From: an uncultured Candidatus Micrarchaeota archaeon
GTDB taxonomy: Archaea > Micrarchaeota > Micrarchaeia > Micrarchaeales > CABMGC01
NCBI GenBank assembly: GCA_963753785.1
Contig: CAVWDL010000007.1
Span: 1 to 64,000, forward strand
Reading direction: 5' to 3'
Length of the DNA: 64,000 nt
This document shows positions 56,701 to 64,000 of the stretch, in pieces. The notes beneath the pieces were generated by a model. It had not been told where the DNA came from. It saw nothing but the letters and a program-made list of their open reading frames with translations, and ran no database searches. Each line of letters opens with the position of its first letter. The first letter of the stretch is position 1. The position numbers and the translations under genes were made by a program.

Positions 56701-58824
56701 ATCCGTGATCACGCTGGTGGGCGCGCCTGCGCTCAGCGAGTTCACGGCCACAGAGGTCTCTGCGGAGCTGAACGAAAAGGGCCCGTGCGTTCCCTTGTCT
56801 GTGGCCGATGCGATGAAGTAGTAGATTCCCGGCGCGTCGTTAACGCTGACGACGAGAGTGTTGGAAGATCCGGGAGAGTATATCATCACGTTGCCGAGGG
56901 GGACCGCAGAACCTGTGCTGTTTATCTGCACGTCGAAAGGCCCTATGCCTCCGCTCTCGGAGACGGTGAACGTCTCGCTGGTGCTGCCGATCTGCAGGTC
57001 AGGGTTAGAAGGCGTCATCGCAACCGAAGGCGCGGGATACACCGTCAGGCCCTGGGTGGACGAGTTCGCGATCTGGGAGTCGCTCGCGACTCCGGCTCCG
57101 TATGCGTACGAGCCCGCGGGCTCTACGAAAGTGCACGTCGCGGTTCCAGCGACCCCGAGCAGGTTGGCGCATATGCCAGACCTGCCCCAGATCGCGCTGC
57201 CTCCGTCGAAATAGAAGGTGAACAGCTCGTTTGCCGTGTTCCCGTTAACCGCGGTCGCGGTCAGCGTTTCGACCTGCCCCGCGTCTATCGTGGCGTTGCT
57301 CAGGGTGAAGGACACGGTCATCGGGTTAAGGATTGTCGTCACCAGAGAGGTTGTGGTGGACGAGGTGGTCGAGGATGACGTCGTAAGTGCGGTGGTGGAG
57401 GTGGACGTGGTCGAGGATGAAGTCGTCGGAGTGGTGGTGGAGGTCGAAGTGGACGTGGAGGTCGATGTCGTCGTGGAGGTGGTTGTCGTGGCGACGTTGA
57501 CTGTTATCGCCCCCGTGCTCGCGGAGGCGGTGTTGGTGCCGTCGTACACCTGGACGTTTATCACACAGCCAGAGGTGCCGTCACTAGGGACATAGTTGAA
57601 CGAGTAGACGGTTGTTGCAGGGGCGGTGAAGTTATTGCACGTGCCGCTGCCTGCCGTCCAAGTGTAGGCGTAGGTTCCCGAACCTCCGCTCGGTGATGCC
57701 AGCACGGGGACTGCCACTCCTGAATTTACAGGGAAAGGCGCGGAAGGCGAAACACTCACCGAAAGCCCAGGGGCGATCGTCGTCGAGGTTGAAGTGCTGG
57801 TAGAGGTGGACGTTGTTGAAGCGATGGTGGATGTCGAAGTGGTGGTTGAGGTGGATGTGGTCGTGGTGGCGGCAGCTACGGTCACAAGATCGGTGGCGGA
57901 GGTGACAGAATAGTGCGCCGAATCGGTAACCTTGTAACAGTAATAGGTGCTCTTCGTAGGGCTGGGGGAATAAGTCTGGGAGGTCTGGCCGCTGACGGGG
58001 CCATAGCAGTTGGAAGAGGACGTTCCCGAGTACCAGACGTATGTGTAGGTAGGCACGCCTCCCGAAGGGTTCGCCGTTAGCGTCACGGGCTGCCCGCTAG
58101 GCGTAGTGGGATTTGCAGGCATTATTGCGCCTGCAACCAGCGCCGATGCCACAGTCACGGTGGGGGATGCGGCCGAAGTCGCTGTCACAGCAGGGGACTC
58201 GCTATCAGTAACCTCCAGCTCGAAAGAGTAAGTGTCATCCGCTGTCAGTTTATTCTGGCTTATGCTGCAGGTCACAGTGGATCCGGCGGTCTGGGTCGAA
58301 CCGCTGTTGGTGCTGCACTGTGTCGTGCCAACGTAGGCGCCCGCGTTGGTAGATACCAGCCAGTTGTAGGTATATGGGGGCACACCGTCGCTCGGAATCT
58401 TTCCGGTCACGGTCTCCTGTTGGTTCACTTCAAGAGTCGTTGTGCTGACGGTAGGAGCGGAAGGCGCAGTGAGAGGCGTTGTCACGGTGATCCTTGAATC
58501 GGCCGATGCGTGAGATGTGGATCTCGTAACATAAACGCAGTAGGTCGTGGTGGCTGAAGGAGCGGCGTTGTAGGACCACGATGTTGCGCCGGTTATGGTC
58601 TGGCCGCTGCAGGATTGTCCGCCTGAAGAGCTGCCTACATACCAATTGTATGTGTATGGTCCAGAACCGCTGAATCCGTTAAGGGAGTTTGATGTTATGA
58701 GCACCGACTGTCCGGAAAGGATAGTTGCAGTACTCGGAGATGCGGTGACCGAAGCCGCATGAACGCCAGTAACCATCGCCAGCAGCGTCATCATCAAGAC
58801 AGCGAACGAATTGTATTTTGCCAT
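53725..58824 (-). CDS. giant multidomain surface protein (about 1700 aa): signal peptide, 6+ Ig-like repeats, lectin/CBM-like domain, CE4 polysaccharide-deacetylase-like domain, HYR-like domain, poly-Gly, two copies of the conserved C-terminal domain, TM anchor
   Basis: The start was trimmed to MAKYNSFAVLMMTLLAMVTGVHA (58824). The repeated motif G(G)SG(T/A)Y(I/A/T)Y(S/T/Q)W is present. The CE4-like motifs are LTFDGSWNS, SSHTMNHANL, FFAYPNGAY and LLILTFHII. The HYR-like segment is SGATASWTAPTANDLYGVPVPVACASGTLVSGSTFPIGNTIVTCTAKDAYNDTANAAFTVTI. The C-terminus is LPLVVPAMVGVAAAIIVGYMATRPRRGSKRKR. Confidence 0.7.
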   Translation of the reverse strand: MAKYNSFAVLMMTLLAMVTGVHAASVTASPSTATILSGQSVLITSNSLNGFSGSGPYTYNWYVGSSSGGQSCSGQTITGATSWSYNAAPSATTTYCVYVTRSTSHASADSRITVTTPLTAPSAPTVSTTTLEVNQQETVTGKIPSDGVPPYTYNWLVSTNAGAYVGTTQCSTNSGSTQTAGSTVTCSISQNKLTADDTYSFELEVTDSESPAVTATSAASPTVTVASALVAGAIMPANPTTPSGQPVTLTANPSGGVPTYTYVWYSGTSSSNCYGPVSGQTSQTYSPSPTKSTYYCYKVTDSAHYSVTSATDLVTVAAATTTTSTSTTTSTSTIASTTSTSTSTSTSTTIAPGLSVSVSPSAPFPVNSGVAVPVLASPSGGSGTYAYTWTAGSGTCNNFTAPATTVYSFNYVPSDGTSGCVINVQVYDGTNTASASTGAITVNVATTTTSTTTSTSTSTSTSTTTPTTSSSTTSTSTTALTTSSSTTSSTTTSLVTTILNPMTVSFTLSNATIDAGQVETLTATAVNGNTANELFTFYFDGGSAIWGRSGICANLLGVAGTATCTFVEPAGSYAYGAGVASDSQIANSSTQGLTVYPAPSVAMTPSNPDLQIGSTSETFTVSESGGIGPFDVQINSTGSAVPLGNVMIYSPGSSNTLVVSVNDAPGIYYFIASATDKGTHGPFSFSSAETSVAVNSLSAGAPTSVITDLGHSVTLTATPSGGSGAYTYQWYSSTSSAVSRPWNTSSAYGQGTMLDAMNSAAWTTTWKGSTVAVDTTTFVEGGSSIALSIAPETASGAISRTESLDLSSAANFYFWTYIRNVSQLAPVGSFGITLYLLDGGSYYQCGIQSGGLENGWNPVVIAKSACTVVGTPSWGSITGVQFAASLKNATIEHSTEINFGPLKENYAGGAFNRAQVVLTFDGSWNSILINATPIMKINHQTGVAYLVANQIGDGAGDGCGVVRCINMTELRQLYADGWDISSHTMNHANLVEETADNATINVNNNYELAASYSVLQSNSLGGGDMFFAYPNGAYDSAVINQVYNSLVISQIEKQGNYVMARALGYGITQPNMYPDDPYNLSMRVQSLVMTPSVTPANLSNYLSKYVIPENGLLILTFHIINVSPGDPSTSIAYSKADFASVSNMLEQDQAAGMLQVTNLSSYYAALNGTVLHAMGTTAGPSLNVAPAANTFYYYRVNSGPFVAYSPTGSVTVNPALTATVTQPAGAFSSNSVQGIPVNAVATGGSGTYIYSWAVASGASCPGFSPTVTSNTFTYAPTATTANCIFAFTVNDGYATNTVDTGLIAVNAKMPPTISGMPANIVENSTSSSGATASWTAPTANDLYGVPVPVACASGTLVSGSTFPIGNTIVTCTAKDAYNDTANAAFTVTIVNVTTSSGGSGSTGGSGNSGGGGGGGGGGGGGGGGGTFLPTVVVYNNGTQTGYSVSDLAQTNAQTLHLGNKTITVVVNFISDTDAGVTVNNQTFTLTPGSPVAFIDPVNYSYYVELMNISYLPILHTITLQVYGQPNGNATELRQLPVVLPYASTNHLRTQSCYQVRNLSENNTVSMRIYGNTLNISEGSISPTGAMVLINGQQLNLKVNETQTFKGNYYADITNVSYLPALHTVTLLVCGSESSPTQVTTTVAPASTAAPASTAAAPASTSGSGGSSLPLVVPAMVGVAAAIIVGYMATRPRRGSKRKR

Positions 58825-58979
58825 TTTTACACTCCTTTTAGCATGAACCTTTTGAACTTCCGGAACGGGCCGCGGATGGCTCGTTCTCATCTATTCTAAT
58901 TCCTCCGACGCAACAATTCCCCCAGTTGCTTGAATCCCCGCGCGAATCGGAATTTTGACTTCCCATTAATTCTTTTTTC

Positions 58980-59000
58980 CTGGTATATAAGCATTCCTCC
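58980..59000 (-). promoter_or_regulatory. BRE/TATA-like promoter consensus (GGAGGAATGCTTATATACCAGGAAAAAAG on minus strand)
   Basis: It lies between the two large genes, about 100-165 nt upstream of the giant gene start, so the leader is long. Confidence 0.4.
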
Positions 59001-59024
59001 GTTTTTTGAAAATATTTTTGCATT

Positions 59025-61481
59025 TTATCCCCGTTTCTTCTGCCTTGAAGCCATTCTCGGATACGCTACCCCTATCCCTATCGCGATCGCGATCGCGACC
59101 CCCTCGCCTATCCAAGGCATCAGCGGGAAGAGGGTCGAATTCGACTGGGGTGACTCAGACAAGGACCCTGTTGCGTTCTGTCCAAAAGGCACCGCAATCG
59201 TCGTAGATACGATGGTAGGAGCGGTGGTCACAGGGATCGTGGTCACGCGCGGCGCCGACATCACGTTGGGCTGCCTGTAGATGAGAACTGTGACTGTGTG
59301 CTGTATCGGAAGATACGAGATGCCGGAGAGCTCGGCGAAGTAGGAGTAACGGGTCGTGTTCATGAACATGACGGGAGCGCCCGGGGAGAGGGTGAACGAA
59401 TAGCCGTTCAGGCTTATGCCCGCGCTCGTCGGGGTGATGAAGTTCTCGGACACAAGGAGGGTCGTGTTGTAAGATACCGTCTCCGAGTCGAACTGCGAGA
59501 AGTTGAGTATCTCATAGCCCGTCTCGTTCCCGTTAAGGTACGGCACGACGGCGGGAACGCTGGTGACAGCAGCTACGCTACCTCCTCCCTCGCCCGAGCT
59601 CGGGATCACCTGGAAGACGGAGGGCTCGATCGTCGTGGTCGGAACAACCGATGGGGCCGAGACGTTGGCATCGGAGTTGGAGGATATGACGAATGAATTG
59701 GTCGCGAGCATGTCGTACCTGCCGAAGTCCACCACGTTCCCGGTCACTATGACGTTGCCTATCGCGTTGGCCTCCATCGGCACGGTGAAGCTCGTCGAGT
59801 TCAGGTTGAACGCGCTTCCCTGCGTCGACGAGAAGATCACGTTCGAGGTCGCGGCGTTGGTTACTATGAATGTGTATGAGAAGGGAGGGAAGGAATCGAT
59901 TATGTTAATCGTCAATACCTGCGTGCTCAACTGGTTTGCGTTCTGGTTCGCTGACGTTATATAGCTTATATAAGGGACTGTGGTGGAGGAAGAGGTGCTG
60001 CTTGTTGATGTGCTTGAGGTGGAGGTGGTGCTGGAAGCGGTGGTGGTCGGATGGTTAGCGCATGCGGTGGTGGTTGAGGCTGCCGTTGAAGAGGAGGTCG
60101 TGGTGGACGAGAAGAAACCGGGTATCGAGGTGGATGTGGATGAGGTGGAGGTGGATGTCGAGCTCGAGGTCGATGTTGAGGAGGACGTTGTTGGGGCGGC
60201 TACGGCGTAGGGCGTCTGGGTTGTCGCAGACTGGCAGTTGCTCGTAGTTCCCGCTACTGTCTGGCAGGTGGCGGTGTACGAGCCCGCAGGCATGCCCGCG
60301 CATGAGAACCGCACGTCGTTTCCGGACCATCCGGTGAAGGAGCATTTGTTGGCGAGGGAGTTCGCGTAAGCGATTACGCAGTTATAGCTCCCGCGTTTGT
60401 TGACGGGGCAGGACAGGGTGAATGCGTTGCTCGACATGGGGGATGATGGAGACACTATGGGCGAGCTTAGGCCAGTATCCGCGCCTGAGCCGACCGTCGT
60501 CGAAGACGATGTGGTGGACGTTGATGTGGAGGTTGACGTTGTAGAAGATGTGGTGGTGGAGGCGGGTGCCGCGGGCACTGGATTGAAAGCCGCGACCGAC
60601 TCCGCGTACTGCTCATATGTGCCGGAGGTCCATGTAACAGGAAATGCGCTTGAGCCCGAAGGCGCGATGATCGCATACTCGATGAAGTAATAGTCGCTGC
60701 CCACTCCCAGCGAAGGGATGAACCAGGGTGTCGCCTTGGGATCTCCTCCGGATTGCTGGGACCCGACGTCGCCAAGAAGGAATGCGCCCGCGTTGTACGA
60801 GAGAGGTCCGGCCGAAGCGTTGATTCCGGATTCCGAGAGCGCTTTCGCCCCGGTGGGGGCCTGCGCCCCGGAGAGCTCGTAGAGACACATGCCATTCCTG
60901 ATGTAGCCGCTGAATACCGCAGTTACGGAATCCGCGCCCGGACCCTTCGCGGTGGCGTACCAGATGTCGGACGCGCTGTAGTATCCGGATCTGCCGTCGG
61001 CTTCGAGGAGCGTCCACGAGTTGCCCTGCGTGTCGGAGAGCGTGGGCGATATCGTGCCTCCCCCGTAGGTTCCCGCTGCCGCAGCGACGACGAGCGTGTC
61101 GCCTGCCTTCACGGATGAAGAATAGGCGAGGCCGAGGGGTCCACCGGTGCTGTTGGATGCGCATGCGCTCTGCACCAGCACCACCTGCCCTATAATGGAA
61201 GTGGTGGGGGCTATGCTAGTCGAAGCTGAAGTTGACGCGGATGTGGACGTCGATGTCGAGGTTGAAGTAGTAGAGGATGACGTCGAGAGTGATGTCGTGC
61301 CGAAGGGGGTGGAGTTGGAAGGGGACAGCATTAGCGCAATAGGGGCCTGCAGGATGAAAGGAAACATGCCGCCGGAGTAGGAATGCGGCAGATTCCGCAC
61401 GCTGGAACCTGAAGGCGTCAATACCAGCGACGCCATGAAAAGCAGCGCTACCGGAGAAATTCCATTCCTATCCAAAAACAT
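59025..61481 (-). CDS. mosaic surface protein (818 aa) combining the eqolisin-associated C-terminal domain, the 6-Cys domain, and the GYEILNFSQ...ISYLPI C-terminal domain plus TM anchor
   Basis: The shared segments are VVLVQSACASN...IRNGMCLYELSG...FNP, NAFTLSCPVNKRGSYNCVIAYANSLANKCSFTGWSGNDVRFSCAGMPAGSYTATCQ and GYEILNFSQFDSETVSYNTTLLVSENFITPTSAGISLNGYSFTLSPG...ISYLPIQHT. The C-terminus is a TM plus RMASRQKKRG. The promoter CAAGCCAATGTATTTAAGG is on the minus strand (plus 61539-61557). Confidence 0.65.
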   Translation of the reverse strand: MFLDRNGISPVALLFMASLVLTPSGSSVRNLPHSYSGGMFPFILQAPIALMLSPSNSTPFGTTSLSTSSSTTSTSTSTSTSASTSASTSIAPTTSIIGQVVLVQSACASNSTGGPLGLAYSSSVKAGDTLVVAAAAGTYGGGTISPTLSDTQGNSWTLLEADGRSGYYSASDIWYATAKGPGADSVTAVFSGYIRNGMCLYELSGAQAPTGAKALSESGINASAGPLSYNAGAFLLGDVGSQQSGGDPKATPWFIPSLGVGSDYYFIEYAIIAPSGSSAFPVTWTSGTYEQYAESVAAFNPVPAAPASTTTSSTTSTSTSTSTTSSSTTVGSGADTGLSSPIVSPSSPMSSNAFTLSCPVNKRGSYNCVIAYANSLANKCSFTGWSGNDVRFSCAGMPAGSYTATCQTVAGTTSNCQSATTQTPYAVAAPTTSSSTSTSSSTSTSTSSTSTSIPGFFSSTTTSSSTAASTTTACANHPTTTASSTTSTSSTSTSSTSSSTTVPYISYITSANQNANQLSTQVLTINIIDSFPPFSYTFIVTNAATSNVIFSSTQGSAFNLNSTSFTVPMEANAIGNVIVTGNVVDFGRYDMLATNSFVISSNSDANVSAPSVVPTTTIEPSVFQVIPSSGEGGGSVAAVTSVPAVVPYLNGNETGYEILNFSQFDSETVSYNTTLLVSENFITPTSAGISLNGYSFTLSPGAPVMFMNTTRYSYFAELSGISYLPIQHTVTVLIYRQPNVMSAPRVTTIPVTTAPTIVSTTIAVPFGQNATGSLSESPQSNSTLFPLMPWIGEGVAIAIAIGIGVAYPRMASRQKKRG

Positions 61482-61767
61482 ACCCCCGTACGTCGTATGT
61501 CGCTCGCAGAAAGATACAACTAAAGTCTATTTTCGCCCCTTAAATACATTGGCTTGAAAAATGAATCGCCCCAAAAGCCAGGAACGGTTTGACGGCGGTC
61601 CTGAAACCGCTTTTCAGCTGCTTTTTTCCATAACGATAGCAATGTATAAATACGTGGAAAACGTAATTCCGTGGGGGAGATGGACAGCAAACCCCACTAC
61701 TCAGGAGCGGGTTCTGTTGTTCGGACATCTCTTGTTGCGAAGCACTTGAAGCGATGCGTGGTCTTGA

Positions 61768-62982
61768 ATGAACGAGTTTACAATAATATCTATCGCGGGC
61801 TGGTTCTTTCTCTACCTGCTTACTGTGAAGACGATACTATTCCTGATGTTCTCGCGGCTCCATTACATCAACACTTCCTTCAAGGTATCGAAGGACTACA
61901 ACCCGAAGGTATCGATAATCGTGCCCTGCTACAACGAGAGCCTTACGCTTGCGAACTGCATAGAGGGCCTCATCACCCAGAACTACAAGAACTTCGAGGT
62001 GCTGATAGTCGACGACGGGAGCAAGGACAACACCAAGGAGGTAGCGTACGGGCTCGTGAACAAGTACCCGAAGAAGCTGAAGCTGCTGGCCAAGGAGAAC
62101 GGCGGCAAGGGCAGCGCACTCAACTACGGCATAGCCTTCGCGACGGGGGAGATAGTGGTCACGGTCGACGCGGACTCCGTCTTCACGAAGACCACACTCG
62201 AGAACATAGTCGCATCATTCAACGGCACCGACATCGTGGCTGTCGGGGGCAACGTCAAGGTCTCCAACAGGGGCAACCTGCTGACCATCCACCAGACGCT
62301 CGAGTACATATCGGGCCTTACTCTTCTCAGGAGGTGCTTCGCTTACCTCGGGTGCATGCAGGTCATAGCGGGCGCGATAGGCGCCTTCAAGAGGGACAAG
62401 CTTATTGAGGTCGGGGGCTACTCCCCTGACACCATCGTGGAGGACATGGACATAACGGTCGAGCTCGTGAAGAGGGGCTACAGGGTGGACTACAACAGCG
62501 CGGCCGTGGCGTACACGGAGGCGCCCGAGACGCTGAATGACTTCATAAAGCAGAGGTACCGCTGGGTGTACGGCGGGTTCCAGGTGATGCAGAAGCACAG
62601 GGAGGTCTTCTTCAACCCGAAATACGGAGAGCTCGGAATGATAGGCATGCCCTACTTCCTGATCTTCCCGTGGCTCGAGGTAGCGACCTCCTTCCTGTTC
62701 CTGTTCGTCATGGGGGAGGTGCTCCTGTTCGGCAGGTTCGCGGCCTTCCTCGCGATATTCGCGCTCACCACAGGCCTGCAGTTCGCACTGCTTCTCTACA
62801 TACTTCACATAGACCATGAGGACAAGAAGCTCTCGCTGGTCTCGGTGATACAGGGCTTCTGGTATTCGCACCTGATCAATCTCATAACGATGTCTGCGGC
62901 AATCGCATACGTCAGGGGAACGAAGACATCATGGAACAAGGTGGCGAGACTTGGGAAGAATACGGTGATCTCACCCGCGTAG
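61768..62982 (+). CDS. processive family-2 glycosyltransferase (IcaA/PgaC/NodC/chitin-synthase-like polysaccharide synthase)
   Basis: An N-terminal TM is followed by SIIVPCYNE, LIVDDGSKDNT, NGGKGSALNYG, TVDADS and QRYRW (QxxRW), then 4 C-terminal TMs. Confidence 0.8.
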   Translation: MNEFTIISIAGWFFLYLLTVKTILFLMFSRLHYINTSFKVSKDYNPKVSIIVPCYNESLTLANCIEGLITQNYKNFEVLIVDDGSKDNTKEVAYGLVNKYPKKLKLLAKENGGKGSALNYGIAFATGEIVVTVDADSVFTKTTLENIVASFNGTDIVAVGGNVKVSNRGNLLTIHQTLEYISGLTLLRRCFAYLGCMQVIAGAIGAFKRDKLIEVGGYSPDTIVEDMDITVELVKRGYRVDYNSAAVAYTEAPETLNDFIKQRYRWVYGGFQVMQKHREVFFNPKYGELGMIGMPYFLIFPWLEVATSFLFLFVMGEVLLFGRFAAFLAIFALTTGLQFALLLYILHIDHEDKKLSLVSVIQGFWYSHLINLITMSAAIAYVRGTKTSWNKVARLGKNTVISPA

Positions 62983-63012
62983 GGTTCCCGGAACCGCCGG
63001 CTGGCTAATAAA

Positions 63013-63867
63013 ATGTTCAACAAGATCGCGAATGGCGCAGATTCCAAAGGGAGGATGCATCTCGACAGCAAGCTGCTGATCGCTTCCGCAGCCGTGCTTT
63101 TCGTTGCGGCGGCGATGATGCTTTTTTCTGCGATCTCGCCTGTTGGCGGAAGAGCAGGAACTGCAAACCCGACCACTATGAGCACGACGAGCATTGCCTC
63201 CACCGCAGCGCTGGATGGCGACGAGCTCTCGTTCTCGGGAAGGACGTGGGAGATCGAGAAGTCATCAGAGATAACGCAACCAGGGGACAATTACTTCTAC
63301 TACAACGCGCTCTCGGACTACGTGGACGCGAACGGATACCTGCACCTGAGCCTGCTGAACGTCAACGGCAGCAGGTACGCATCAGAAGTGAACCTTGTTG
63401 ACAGCCTGGGATACGGCACGTACACGTTCGTGGTGCAGGGAGACCTGAGGAACCTGGACGCGAACGCGGTCCTCGGGCTGTTCACGTGGGACAACAGCGG
63501 GAACGACACCCCAGGGAACCAGTACAACAGGGAGATAGACATGGAGATAAGCAGGTGGGGGAATGCAAGCGACGTCTACAACGCGCAGGTTGGGGTGCAG
63601 CCCGAGACGGGCGACGCGATAGCGAACTACAGCATCAGTTACCCGGGCAACATAGAGGAGAGCATGGACTGGAAGCCGGGAGAGGTCGACATCCTCATCA
63701 GGGAGGCGGAGGCTCCCTACGCGACAATAGAGAGATGGAACTACACAGGACCCTTCGTGCCAACTCCGGGGCTTGAGAAGATTGCTGTAAACCTCTGGGC
63801 CTTCGGCGCCCCTACGGAAAGCAACGTTACGGTGGTGGTCCAGAGGTTCAATTTCTCAAGGAACTGA
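63013..63867 (+). CDS. membrane-anchored GH16-like glycoside hydrolase / transglycosylase (concanavalin-like fold)
   Basis: An N-terminal TM anchor and S/T linker are present. The catalytic-type motif EIDMEI (ExDxE) is embedded in NQYNREIDMEISRWGN. Confidence 0.5.
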   Translation: MFNKIANGADSKGRMHLDSKLLIASAAVLFVAAAMMLFSAISPVGGRAGTANPTTMSTTSIASTAALDGDELSFSGRTWEIEKSSEITQPGDNYFYYNALSDYVDANGYLHLSLLNVNGSRYASEVNLVDSLGYGTYTFVVQGDLRNLDANAVLGLFTWDNSGNDTPGNQYNREIDMEISRWGNASDVYNAQVGVQPETGDAIANYSISYPGNIEESMDWKPGEVDILIREAEAPYATIERWNYTGPFVPTPGLEKIAVNLWAFGAPTESNVTVVVQRFNFSRN

Positions 63868-64000
63868 GAGCGGATGTAGGTTACGGAAGTTTCCGAAGGA
63901 TTGTATTGTCTTTAAAAATCAAGAATCGCACATATAACAAGCAGGTTTGCTTCGGATGACCACAAACAGCAAGAAAAAGGCAAAGGCAGCCACAGACAGT

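Noticed and set aside
55309-57378. Long plus-strand ORFs (373 aa and 228 aa) inside the giant surface gene
   Set aside because: They are antisense to a continuous 1700 aa ORF with recognisable domains. Their composition is Val/Arg/His-rich.
1-64000. tRNA, rRNA, CRISPR arrays, transposases/integrases, prophage markers
   Set aside because: I found no T-psi-C/anticodon-arm-like cloverleaf candidates in intergenic regions, no rRNA-like conserved blocks, no spaced direct repeats and no transposase or integrase motifs. Intergenic regions are short and dominated by the promoter consensus.

Overview
This 64 kb window reads as an archaeal chromosomal segment, GC-rich, with Ser/Thr-rich N-glycosylation-sequon-laden surface proteins and C-terminal TM anchors (Thermoplasmata-like style). 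It carries about 70 protein-coding genes and no rRNA, tRNA, CRISPR array, transposase or integrase that I can recognise. A conserved BRE/TATA-like consensus (about CCAATGCTTAAATAGG, often followed by GGAAAA) sits 25-40 nt upstream of many start codons on both strands. I used it to choose start codons.

Recognisable housekeeping and accessory genes:
- a SAM-dependent methyltransferase
- an ABC ATPase with a frameshifted ABC-2 permease
- a PLC/AcpA-type phosphoesterase, a clan GH-A glycosidase and a YkgJ-family Cys-rich protein
- a CsbD-like protein, an SPFH/band-7 protein with a membrane partner, and an APC-family amino-acid permease
- tRNA-dihydrouridine synthase and a metallophosphoesterase
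- agmatinase (interrupted), glutamine synthetase (interrupted) and PurC
- a GNAT acetyltransferase and a P-loop kinase
- a CYTH-domain protein
- a MinD/ParA ATPase, a UdgB-like uracil-DNA glycosylase and an XRE-type HTH protein

The window is dominated by cell-surface protein genes:
- two tandem secreted eqolisin-like (peptidase G1/A4) paralogs that share an uncharacterised C-terminal domain
- a tandemly duplicated three-gene cassette (secreted protein ending in a C-terminal Cys / beta-sandwich TM-anchored protein / Cys-rich-domain S/T-rich protein)
- an interrupted YVTN beta-propeller protein
- three consecutive large minus-strand surface proteins (51.9-61.5 kb) sharing a C-terminal domain plus TM anchor; one is 1700 aa with Ig-like, HYR and CE4 polysaccharide-deacetylase-like domains

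Next to these lie a processive GT2 synthase (IcaA/PgaC-like, QxxRW) and a GH16-like hydrolase. Together with the CE4 domain they suggest an undescribed archaeal exopolysaccharide synthesis and modification module.

At least ten genes show interrupted reading frames, several as closely spaced pairs of indels. This is either sequence error or genuine decay. All coordinates and frame calls depend on my reading of the text and on the supplied ORF track.
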